This document shows positions 1-10,458 of a stretch of DNA of 40,786 nt, in pieces. Numbering within the stretch: position 1 is the first letter of the stretch; each line of letters starts with the position of its first letter. This DNA comes from Octopus bimaculoides (taxonomy: Eukaryota): NCBI RefSeq assembly GCF_001194135.2, contig NC_068985.1, positions 75,701,460 through 75,742,245 on the forward strand. Direction: 5' to 3'. Position numbers and translations under genes: made by a program. A model generated the notes under the pieces. It was given only the letters and a program-made list of their open reading frames with translations, was not told the DNA's origin and did not search any database.

Positions 1-43
<43 letters not shown>

Positions 44-105
44 CTTATATACATACATACATATACATGCATGTTCATACATACATATATATATATATAT
101 ATATG
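1..105. repeat. (TA)n/(TACA)n microsatellite
   Basis: Directly visible dinucleotide and tetranucleotide runs. Confidence 0.95.
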
Positions 106-111
106 GAGCTT

Positions 112-215
112 GGTACTTATTCAATCGGTCTTTTTTTTTTGTTGCTTGGCTACGAACACAGAGTAACCGACCGGTTGTCAAGCAGCGGTGGTGGACAAAC
201 ACAAACACACGCTAT
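112..215 (-). mobile_element. SINE family A, diverged 3' fragment
   Basis: tacttattcaatcggtc...ggttgtcaagcagcggtggtggacaaacaca matches the near-consensus copy at 18822-19085. Confidence 0.7.
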
Positions 216-1090
216 ATATATCTACTACATATGTGGGAAACTGTCTGCGATTGTTTTATCGATTTTGATGAGACTTGACACGTGAGTAGAAATCATGTTT
301 TGAAACCGCATGGCATATTCAGATTGTTGAAAAAGTCCATAATAGGGCCACTGGAAGGGGTCCTTACCTATATCTAATATATTTCATTTTAAAAACAAAG
401 GGAAATAACCCATTCGCTCCTGGCAAGGATCCTTATATATAGCCAAGGGAAATAACCCATTCATTTTCCTAAATTATTCTGTAAAAATAAAATTTAGTAT
501 GCTTATTTCTTAGCAATTGAACTGTTAGAGTTATTTTCGTAATTTATACAGTACAACCCTTAATCAAGTAAATAGTATTTTCCTAAACACTTATCTCGGT
601 TAGTGACTTATTCATGAATATACTAGTACTAGCGCCACTGAGGGCAATATTCTCTGGGAACGCACAAAAGCCATTTTCAGAGTTATTTACTTTGAATTGT
701 TATCTCATATCTGATTAGCCTGTTATTACGTAACACGCTTCACGATTTTAGTATACATACTTTATTAGTATTTCCTCCTATGTTCTATATACTCTGAGAA
801 CGCATTAAATCCCTTTTCGGGGCTACTTTATTTGAATTCTTACTATCGGGTAACTAATTTCATGTTATTACATAACTGACTTCACAATTTGGGCAATCGT
901 AACTTATTGGGAATTCCTAAAAACAAGATCCTGTGTAAATATTCTCTGTAAATACACAAAAACCGTTTTAAGGGCTACATACTTTGTATTGTTGTTATTG
1001 GATTAGCGAGACAATTTTCAGGACGGAACCAAGGGATAAACCCCGCTTTCTCGGGAATTACTGGGTACGTTATCTCGTATGTATATATAT

Positions 1091-1195
1091 ACGACGGGTT
1101 TCTTTCAGTTTCCGTCTACCAAATTCACTCACAATAGAAGACACTTGTCCAAGGGAGTGAACCCGGAATCATGTGATTGAGAAGCAAATTCGGAT
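1091..1195 (-). mobile_element. SINE family A, internally deleted head fragment
   Basis: acgacgggtttctttcagtttccgtctaccaaattcactcac...agaagacacttgtccaagg is shared with the other family A copies. Confidence 0.75.
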
Positions 1196-2124
1196 ATTGG
1201 AAGAATAAGTAAAATGATTACATATACATACAAGTCTATCTTTATGCATGTACGTGTGTAATATATTTATTCAATGTTCACATTTTTCAATAAAAAATAG
1301 GATGCTTGGTTAATTCAAAAGAAAATAATATTAGCATTTCTACGTAAGGGTTCAGAGTGAGCCTTTAGAAAATAACCTACCTGTTCTCCCACCTTCTTCT
1401 CAACCCACCATACACTCTCTACCTATAACTCTTTCCTTATCTATTTAGTCTATTATATGTCGGTCAATCTCATTTCAGATTTTTCAATTACTAGACCTAC
1501 CTTATCTACATATACCTACTTCTCTATTTTTTTTTCTATTTCTCAGCCACTGTTTTTCTTTCTATTGTTCTCTCCTTTTCTTCATTTCTCTCACGATGTT
1601 CGTCTGATTCTTTTTTACTTCTTTGTGTATGAATATATGTATACGAATGTGCGCGCTTATTTACCTATTTAGCAACCTAATCACATTCTCTCTCACTCTC
1701 ACTGTGGGTGTGTTTTCAAACGTATACGTACATATTTATGTACTATATATATCTTCCGATCTAACTTCGTTACAATAGAAATTTAATGGGAACTTAATAG
1801 AAAAAGAATTAAGTGTGTGATTAGTTCCCAATGTACGGATGAACTCCATAACGATATCTAGACATGCTTCAAAAGGTAAGGTTGAATGTTGCTATCACTC
1901 ATAGGCTGTAGCTATAATTATATGAAGGGTTTCTTAAATTAAACTAAAGCCCGCTGCTGACCCATGGCCGGAGGTCAACTCTTTTAGTGTTCCCTGCTTG
2001 GTCATGAAATACAAAAGACGGGAGAGAAAATGTAAATAACAATGAAATAAGGACAAATAGTCTATTCATGAAATTTATTGATGTTTCCACTAAAGAAAAT
2101 TGTTGATTTCGGCAGGCATTGCTT

Positions 2125-2237
2125 TCTTTATATATATATATACACACATACATACATGTATATGTATATATGTATATGTATATGTATGTGTGTATATGTG
2201 TGTGTGTATATGTGTGTGTGTATATGTGTGTGTGTAT

Positions 2238-2308
<71 letters not shown>
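2125..2308. repeat. Compound (TA)/(TATG)/(TG)n microsatellite
   Basis: Visible; it accounts for the six overlapping VCVC/HTHT ORFs in the track. Confidence 0.97.
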
Positions 2309-2311
<3 letters not shown>

Positions 2312-2610
2312 ACCACCCAACGAAACCCTACAGCGTATGTGATTCGGATAGTTGGATGACCTCGTAAACTTTTGCATTTGGCTTTGACGAAATAAGTGAT
2401 CTTTCGATTTTGACATATAAAATGAATGACCAACTAATATAACAAAGTGAGCTACAGAAAATGATCTTCAATAATTACTGTCGATGAAATGAACCAAAAC
2501 TGGAATAAAAAGATTACTTAAGATAAAATCTTTAATGCATTTGATGAGAAGTAGGAACACATTTTAAAATCGACAAACGTCTCCGAAGTACCATGTATAG
2601 CTACTCAGTC

Positions 2611-2983
2611 GCCATGTTGTTGTTGGCACTCCGTCGCTTACTACGTCGAGGGTTCCAGTTGATCAACGGAACAGCCTGCTCGTGAAATTAACGTGCAAGT
2701 GGCTGAGCACTCCACAGACACGTGTACCCTTAACGTAGTTTTCGGGGATATTCAGCGTGACAAGGCTGACCCTTTGAATTACAGGCACAACAGAAACAGG
2801 AAGTAAGAGTGAGAGAAAGTTGTGGTGAAAGAGTACAGCAGGGTTCGCCACCATCCCCTGCCGGAGCCTCATGGAGCTTTAGGTGTTTTCACTCAATAAA
2901 CACTCAACGCCCGGTCTGGGAATCGAAACTGCGATCCTATGACCGCGAGTCCGCTGCCCTAACGACTGGGTCATTGCGCCTCC
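2611..2983 (-). mobile_element. Full-length tRNA-derived SINE (family D) with 11-bp TSD
   Basis: Minus-strand head ggaggcgcaatgacccagtcgttagggcagcggactcgcggtcataggatcgcagtttcgattccc has A- and B-box-like motifs; short (CAA)n tail; TSD gctactcagtc at 2600-2610 and 2984-2994. Confidence 0.92.
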
Positions 2984-3245
2984 GCTACTCAGTCATATTA
3001 TGTATCTAAATCGAAAGATCACGGACGTACTGAAATCTTTTCCTCCTTTTTTCTTTTTTTTTTCTCAATAATTTGTTCAGACTAATATTTTCATCATCAG
3101 AGATTACGATTTTGCACCCCAGCCCCACCAAAAGAAAGAAAAATACGATTTTTAAAAATACTAATTTTGTCGAGAACAGAAACCAGCTGTAATTTTATAA
3201 GAATCTGTGAATGTGAATCGATTGAGAAAATTTGTATCTTTAATT

Positions 3246-3580
3246 TCCGGATTCAGTTCCATTGTGTAACACTTTGGGCAAGTGTCTTCCACTACAGCGT
3301 CAAGCTGACCAGAGCTTTGCGAATGGATTTGGTACACGGAAACTGAAAGAAGCCCGTCGTACACTATACATGTGAGTGTGTCTGTGTGTATGAGCATTTA
3401 TGCGTGTGTATGAGTATGTGTTTATATGAGTATGTATGTGTGTGAGTATGTATGTGTATATGAGTATGTATGTGTGTGTGTGTGTGTGTGTGTGCGTGTT
3501 TCTGTCTGTATTTGTCCCTCACTACTGCTTGACAATCAGTATTGGTGTGTTTACATCCCTGTAGCTTAGCAGTTCAGAAA
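3246..3580 (+). mobile_element. SINE family A, 5'-truncated, with internal (TG/TATG) microsatellite
   Basis: ttgggcaagtgtcttc...ggaaactgaaagaagcccgtcgt + microsatellite + tttgtccctcactactgcttgacaatcag... Confidence 0.85.
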
Positions 3581-4184
3581 TCTAGCAAGAAGAATTTTTT
3601 AGAAATTGGATTTTCGAATTTTTTTTTTTTTTTTTTTCCAATTTGCCAGAATCATATTCCTCTTTGTTTCTTACTACGTGAAGTACATGAAATTCCAGAA
3701 AATAGTTTTCGTAAAAAGGTGTAAAGATATAACCGATCTTCCTGGACCCGAACAATAAGTTGGCACCCGGTTGTACCTTCTACTCTTGATGCTGGCATTT
3801 TTTGCCATTATTTTAAATTTGTAGTTATTTGGCTTGGCCTTGGTCATGTTTTTCCGCTCTTAATTTCAGAGTTTTTGAGGCATTGTTGGCTTTCATATTA
3901 GCTTACTTCTTTGCTGTCTTGTTTTGCGAAATATCGGTCACAATGTCATTTTTCTCCCTGTTTTTCTTGAGTGCATGTGTATGTGTGCGTGCGTGCATGT
4001 GTGTATTACCTTTTACCTAGGAGGGAGGGCAGTGAACGCGGCTATTCACAGGGCCTCTGTGGTTGACTGAACAAAGGAAAGAAGAAAGTATTCTCAAAAG
4101 AGAGACCTGGCACTTATGTTTGCAACAGAGTAAACTCTGTACAAAGGAACCCAAGGAACCGGGTAGTGGTATTAAACCGAGTGA

Positions 4185-4432
4185 AGGCGCCGTGCTGACA
4201 GAATCATTATAACACGCCAGACAAAATGCTTAGTGGCGTTTCGTCCGTCTTTACGTTCTGAGTTCAAATTCCGCTGAGGTCGACTTTGCCTTCCATTATT
4301 TCTGTATCGATAAAATAATTATCAGTTGAACACTGGGTTGATGTAATCAATTTGTTCCCCCCACCACACACACACACACACTACAAGTTTCAGGCTTTGT
4401 GCCTATAGGAGAAAGGATTATTAAACCAAGCG
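4185..4432 (+). mobile_element. SINE family B
   Basis: aaggcgccgtgctgacagaatc...ttctgagttcaaattccgctgaggtcgactttgcc...ggctttgtgcctataggagaaaggattatt; B-box-like gagttcaaattcc. Confidence 0.85.
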
Positions 4433-5705
4433 ATGTATTACGTCCACCACCCATGTAAACCATAGTAAGATTTGAACTAAGAATGCATAGGTCTAAAACA
4501 AATACTGCTAAGCATTTAATCCACTATTTTGGACTGATACTCTTTTTTTTTTATCGACCTCAGAAAGGATGAAAGGCAAAGTTAATCTCAAAGTGCACCT
4601 GACAACTTGCCTCCAGTTTCGAAATTCTATTTTAATTTTGTCTTTTCTTTTCAAACATTTACTGCTCTTCTGTCCTTATCTAAATCCTTTTCTTCAGTCT
4701 CCTTAGTTTTAAATTTGTATTATACCGTTTTCTTATCTATTGAGAGAAGCTTTTATCTTCATTTTTTAATATTTATTTTATTTTAATTTTTTCTTCATAT
4801 TTCACAATTTATCTAACCATTTTCCCTTTAGTCGCTTCCAAATATTTTACTATCATTTTTTCTTAACTTGTGATTGTACAATTTTTAGCTGACAGTCTCT
4901 TTTTGTATACTTCTATATCAGCTTGGTAGAAGTTTCAGAGCATTGTTTAGTAGTTCCTTAATTTTTCTAAGCTCTTTAATTCATTTAACTTGTAGTTTTA
5001 TTATGCTGAAGCTATAGTCTACAGCTGAGATGGCTAGCATATCTATTCATGTTTATCTTATTTCTAACATTGAGTTAATTTCTTAATATTCTCCGTTTTT
5101 TTCTTTTCTTAGATTCTTTTGTATATTTCATCTCACATTTTACGAAAACGATGCCATTCTTTCACTTTCATTTCTATTGCTACTTTCATTTGATAAAGCT
5201 TATAATGGAATTGAAGGTTTAGATACCTGTGAAGTTATCTCCTCCCATTATAATTGTTTTGCAGTTTCAAGGAGCTGGAACGGGTCGCCGATTTGTGACG
5301 TCCGTGCGAAGCGAAGTGATGAGAATGGTTCCTTAGTACATTACACGGTCGATACAATGAATATAAATAAAACAATGCATATATGTGCCAGAGGGAAATA
5401 AGAGACACAACCGGGTAGAATGTTTAAGAGAAGAGTTATTGATATGTTAACATGTGTGATTGTGTGTGCAGCATATATACAGAATAATAGACAGGCCGTC
5501 ATAAGAGTAATATGTATGCGTGTGTATGTAGGTGTGTTAAGAATATATAAGGATGGCGATGAAGAAGTGAGAGTGAAAGAGTTTGTAGCCATCGAAGTGA
5601 GAAGTAAGTTCATAGACACAAGAATGATAAATACCAGTTCGAAGTCAATTGTACACGACAGTTGAAATGCTGTATCAAGAAGTTGCGGCGATGATGCAGA
5701 GCCGG

Positions 5706-5825
5706 TTACGGTACATGTCGTACGTGAAGTTGTGGCTGAGATGCTGCTGCCTGGGTCACTTGGTACAGGAGTTCTCGCAGGTTATATATTCGCTGTTGAT
5801 CCATAGTGAAGTAATTCACGAACAT
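5706..5825 (-). CDS. Candidate small ORF, 39 aa MFVNYFTMDQQRIYNLRELLYQVTQAAASQPQLHVRHVP (32 aa from second ATG at 5804)
   Basis: First ATG downstream of a minus-strand TATAAAA (5943-5949); the second ATG has good Kozak context (actATGg); CpG-rich non-repeat DNA. No homolog recognised. Confidence 0.3.
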   Translation of the reverse strand: MFVNYFTMDQQRIYNLRELLYQVTQAAASQPQLHVRHVP

Positions 5826-5939
5826 TGCAGTGTTGTAACCAGAGTGAGTACGTAGAGAGACGTTGACGTTAGGACAAATGGTGGCTGCTGTTGTTTTGTC
5901 GCTAGAACTAGCATCAAGACGAGGAGAAGTTAGGTTTCT

Positions 5940-6100
5940 TTTTTTTATAAGGAGTCGTAGGCTCAGCTGAGGTAGAAAACAGGCTGTCACATGTGACCTT
6001 ATTTGAAGGCTGCGATTGGTTGGGTTGCATATTGGCGCGCGATAGAGCAAGAGACAAAGTGCGCCAATACCGACCAATCAGAGTAGTGGACACAACAGGG
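5940..6100. promoter_or_regulatory. Candidate bidirectional Pol II promoter
   Basis: ATTGG at 6015 and 6031, CCAAT at 6064 and 6074; palindromic E-boxes CTCAGCTGAG (5962-5971) and GTCACATGTGAC (5986-5997); minus-strand TATA at 5943-5949; locally CpG-rich. Confidence 0.65.
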
Positions 6101-6106
6101 TTCAAA

Positions 6107-6141
6107 ATGCGGCCAAAGGCTAGCTGCTATCTACTACGATC
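6107..6141 (+). CDS. Candidate first exon (coding MRPKASCYLLRS, or 5' UTR)
   Basis: caaaATG just after the CCAAT pair, followed by donor GTATGT at 6142; splices in frame to 6260. Confidence 0.35.
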
Positions 6142-6259
6142 GTATGTATGTATATATAATAGAGAGGAGAGGAGAGGAATTTCACTCAAGTGTACGCTAC
6201 AAGCTTGTGTGTACCAGTAATATATTAGCATTTGATGTTTTTTCCAAACCTATATCTAG

Positions 6260-6317
6260 GACCACTCTGGACAATGCTATTGTACAAGGAAATGTTAATA
6301 TTTTGCCTGTGCAATGG
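6260..6317 (+). CDS. Candidate exon 2 (TTLDNAIVQGNVNILPVQW, or UTR ending in ATG-G)
   Basis: Acceptor ctatatctAG (6258-6259) and donor GTATGT (6318); 118-nt intron upstream. Confidence 0.4.
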
Positions 6318-6596
6318 GTATGTATTTTGTTGCAAAATGTTTTTGTTAGTATTCCCTTTTGTGCGAGTATTGAAACTCCGTAGAAATGCGTTCACCTTCA
6401 GGATATTTAAAAAAAAAATTTTATGGGCATTACTCCTCCATATTATACATATATATGAACAATATCAGAAAAAGAAAAATATATTTGACTAACAACAAAA
6501 TTTTTAATTTAGGGATCCTACATGGGCAGATTTCCAGTTCTCTGGTGGTAATAAATAAAAAATATATATACATTCTTTGAAGTAGTTTAAACTTAG

Positions 6597-6639
6597 AATC
6601 TAGTGCATCAAAGAGAGGTTTGCAAACACGTCTGAACAA
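6597..6639 (+). CDS. Candidate exon 3 (ESSASKRGLQTRLN if initiated at ATG 6314)
   Basis: Acceptor aaacttAG and strong donor GTGAGT at 6640; open in phase 1 from ATG-G. Confidence 0.35.
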
Positions 6640-6679
6640 GTGAGTAGTAATAGTAAATGTGGATGAAAATTTTAGTCGA

Positions 6680-7000
6680 TACCTTCGACTCCAGTACTTG
6701 ACTGGTATGCTATTTTATCGACCTTGAAAGGATTTGAACTTTATTACAAGGCATTTTCCCCTGTGCTCTATCGACGCTGGCAGTTCACTGCCTCTAATTA
6801 TTTTTATGATACACTCGACCTAAAATTTGGGGGGGGGGGAATTGACCTCATTACTTGACAAGTATTTTACTTTATCGACCTCTGAGTGAAAGGCAATGTT
6901 GTCCTCAGCATGATTTGAACACAGGATGTAAATAACTGATACATATATCCCGCAAGGTATTTTGTTTCGCGCGCTAATGATTTTGCCCTGTCGCTTTTGT
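6680..7000 (-). mobile_element. Two degraded SINE family B fragments
   Basis: ttttatcgaccttgaaaggatttgaact and actttatcgacctctgagtgaaaggcaatgttgtcctcagcatgatttgaac motifs. Confidence 0.6.
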
Positions 7001-7592
7001 CAAATATAAGGTCTCTCGATTTGCTTCAGCTACATTTTTAATTATGTTTTATAATTCGCCTCCTGATCTCAGTTACACTACAGTTAAGGTCTATTACAGT
7101 AGAAAAGATTTCATTTTCACTGCTGTAATATGATAACAGTGCAAGGAAAAAGTGTCAACTGAATGTCAAGCAACAGTTACTTTCATTTTCTTTATCACTA
7201 TAATCTTTGAAGGGATCATTTTATTTAATTCTATTGTACAGCTAGAAAATGCATTAATTGCACGTCATGTGTAGTTTCTATGGTTACTGTGTAAAGAAGA
7301 CGATATCATGTGATCACTGTTCTATAGATAACTATCACTATAACAACGTGTATTTCTTGACCTGGTGGAGTGATAAGTCAGTTTAACTGCTTCAAGTTGA
7401 GTGACTACAAAAAAAAATGCTACTTATTTAGTGTAAAATATGAGGATACGTAATTTTGTCTCTAGACCAGCAAATGAATCTAAGGGTCGCAGTATCATTT
7501 TGGAAAATTACAGACACAATATTTGAGTGTGTGTGTCTTCTGAAATATTTGTTAGCACGTAAAATGTTTATTAATATATTATGCAGTGTATA

Positions 7593-7690
7593 AAGGCAGT
7601 GAGTCGACAGAATCGTTATCCCGGCGGGTAAAATGCTTAGTGATATTTCGTCTGTCTTTTTGTTCTGATATTCCACCTCGATCGACTTTG
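7593..7690 (+). mobile_element. SINE family B head fragment
   Basis: aaggcagtgagtcgacagaatcgttatcccggcgggtaaaatgcttagtgatatttcgtctg... Confidence 0.7.
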
Positions 7691-7954
7691 TAACACCGAG
7701 AAGGTGTCTATACCTCAGTGGTCAAAACACAATAATTATCCCAAACAAGAACCCAGGAATAATTGAATATTTCTTCAAGAAAATTATTTTATGTTTATTT
7801 TATTAAGTTTTTGTTAAAAACCTGATTTGTTTTTTCTTTGATTATTTAAGAAAAGAGTTGTGGTAGATTGATTTACCAAATTATGCAACAATAGTAAAAA
7901 AATTAGAAATAGTTGATCTAGATATTTTTTATATGGCTAACCGTAAAAGAAATA

Positions 7955-8066
7955 ATGAAAGGTAAAGTCAGCTTTGGCAGAATTTGAACTCAGAATGTGA
8001 AAGTGGACAAAATGCCACTAAACATTTTTCCCAGTGTGCTAATGATTCTGCTTGTTTTCCACCTTA
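7955..8066 (-). mobile_element. SINE family B head fragment
   Basis: gaaaggtaaagtcagctttggcagaatttgaactcagaatgt...ttttccacctt. Confidence 0.75.
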
Positions 8067-8630
8067 ATTGTTGATAGAAAATTAAATGTCCATGAAATAT
8101 GTTGTATAATAAACCAAAGGTTAGGGGGCAACAGCAAAACATTTACTGCAAGTAAAAGGGGTGGGGATAAAATAAAATCTTTAGGGATGACTTAACTACT
8201 ACAACAATGTAAGCAAGGAGTGAATTCAGAAGGACAACAGTTTATTCAGTAATAACTAGACAAAGTGTTATGTGCTAAGTTTAGTGTATGTGTGGGAGGG
8301 ACAAACTAGAGGTGATGTAAGGGTGTGTGAGGAATGCCTAGATGCACCAGCCAAGCTGATGGTAATAGGGAACTTGTTACGTTACAAAAGTAGAGGTTGT
8401 TATTGTTGTTGTTGTTGGTGGTGGTGGTTAACTTAAAGAAAGTTCTGGACAAGCAGACTATCAAAGGCATTCCAGGCATTACTAACCCAGCTTATTTACA
8501 GGCATAATGTGCATTGGACTAAGACAGTAGGAGGTATCTTGAGTGAAATTTAGTTGCTGCTTTTAGCATGTCAATCTACTATATACAGGCTCTCTGAGTA
8601 GCAATGGAATGTGAAAGAGCTGAAACAATG

Positions 8631-9637
8631 AAAGGATGAAAGTCAATGTTGACCATAGTGGAATCTGAACTCAGAACATAAAGATACACAAAGCATTTTA
8701 TCTAGTGTGCTAAAAACTCCATTGACTCACCACCTTATCAAAAATAATTATAGCAATCCTTTCCACTATAGGCACAAAACCTAGAATTTTGGTGGGAGGT
8801 GTCTAGCTAATTACATTGACCCCATTGTTTGCCTAGCACTTATTTCATTGGCCTCAGAAGGCTGAAAGGCAAAATCGACCTAGGCAATATTTGAGCTTGG
8901 AGTGTGAAGAGATGGAAGAAATGCCATTAAGCATTTCTGCCAGTTTGCTACAATAACAATAAAAATAATGGTTTCAAATTTTGGTACAAGGCCAGCAATT
9001 CAAAGGCAGGGTACATCAATTACACTGACCCTAGTGTTCAACTGGTACTTATATTATTGATCCCAAAAGGATGAAAGGCAAAGTCAGCCTTGGCAGAATT
9101 TGAACTCAGAATGTAAAGACAGGCGAAATGCCAGTAAACATTTTGTCCAATGTGCTAATGATTATGCTAGCTTGCCGCCTCGATAATAATGGTAATAATA
9201 TTATTCCAGCAATTCCAAAGGAGAGGGTAAGTTGATTACACCGACCCCAGTGTTCAACTGGTACTTATTTTATCGACTCTGAAAGGACACAAGACAAAGT
9301 TGATCTCAACGGAATTTGAACTCGCAATGTAAAGATGGATGAAATGCCACTAAGCATCTTTCCCAATGTGCTAACGATTCTGCCAGCTCACCACCTTAAT
9401 AACAACAATAATAATGATAATAATAATTCTTTCTACTAAAGGCACAAGGCCTTAAATTTTGTGGGAGGGGACTAGCCAATTACATCAACCTCAGTATTTC
9501 ACTGGTACTTAATTTATTGACCCCAAAAGGATAAAAGGCAAAGTTGACCTCAGTGGAATTTGAACTCAAAACAAAGATGGATGAAATGCTGCTAAGCACT
9601 TTACCTGGTGTGCTAACCATTCTGCCTACTCATCGTT
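8631..9637 (-). mobile_element. Array of five head-to-tail SINE family B copies
   Basis: Units at about 8631-8736, 8741-8950, 8951-9180, 9181-9397 and 9398-9637, separated by (AAT)-rich tails; most carry aaggatgaaaggcaaagt...gaatttgaactc-like cores. Confidence 0.9.
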
Positions 9638-9639
9638 GG

Positions 9640-10130
9640 TGTAAAAGATGGGCAACAGCAAATATTCTGCTCAGTACCATAGATTTGCTTGTCAGTTGCT
9701 TGACGTTAACCAGTTGAGCATATCTCTTGGTGGCTGACAATATGTGCATCTGTGATCACGAGTAAATGTAGTGGGGGAACATCATAGCCATGTGTTGAGA
9801 GGAATTCTTTGGGATTTGAATATTCACCACTGGAAATATGGGTGTTTCTTTCAACATCCTTAAACAACCCTTATTTAGGGACCCTTTTAGTAGGAAGGGG
9901 CTACTCAATGCTACTCGATCTGAAGAAAATTCTAGCTGGGCCCCATCTGCATGGTCATGTGCTGTTTATCTTGATATAAGATTACCATGTCGCGCACATA
10001 TGATTATGATGCATGTGCCTGGTGAACCCTTATCAGAGAGTAGTCATGATGGGTATATTGGGCTCCATATATTTGTACCCCAGTGTCACTTTGATGGCAT
10101 GCACTGCTCTCTCACTCAATAATAATAATA
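9640..10130 (+). mobile_element. Retroelement 3' region ending in (AAT)n, family unassigned
   Basis: GC-richer block ending cactttgatggcatgcactgctctctcactc(aat)n; recognised as a recurrent cephalopod repeat from memory only. Confidence 0.55.
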
Positions 10131-10132
10131 TT

Positions 10133-10458
10133 ATCTCAAAATACAAAGATCTGGAAATAGAGTAACCCAAATGTGGAGCCAAAAAACAGAAACAATCCCT
10201 ATAATAATGGATGCATTAAGTATAATTAAAAAACATTCAGACAAATACATAACCAAAACACTAAGACTTACAGATGTATATAACATACAGCAAATAACAC
10301 TACTAGGCACCATGCACATCCTACGTCAAGCACTTTCAATACAGTGAAAATAAGAGCACAACAAACCACAGCACATACCCAAGGCACAGAGAGCTGCACT
10401 CAGTAGTGCAGTGAAAGCACATGATAAAATTAAAACTACTGAATAATAATAATAATAA
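10133..10458 (+). mobile_element. 5'-truncated R4/Dong-clade LINE (restriction-like endonuclease C-terminus, 3' UTR, (AAT)n tail)
   Basis: SKYKDLEIE, frameshift, TQMWSQKTETIPIIMDALSIIKKHSDKYITKTLRLTDVYNIQQITLLGTMHILRQALSIQ* (stop 10345-10347) fits the KY..L..E...W...IPI.VGALG...QK..LLGTAHILR pattern of RLE LINEs. Confidence 0.85.

Noticed and set aside
2078-2433. Six overlapping ORFs of VC/HT/YI repeats
   Set aside because: Translations of a TG/TA microsatellite; the same applies to ORFs at 18063-18543, 28416-28647, 29151-29396 and 38424-38850.
2911-2983. tRNA gene
   Set aside because: The tRNA-like segment is the head of a TSD-flanked SINE and lacks a complete acceptor stem; the same holds for the other SINE heads.
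8631-9637. CRISPR-like array
   Set aside because: Eukaryotic context; units are about 200-bp diverged SINEs, not short identical repeats with unique spacers.
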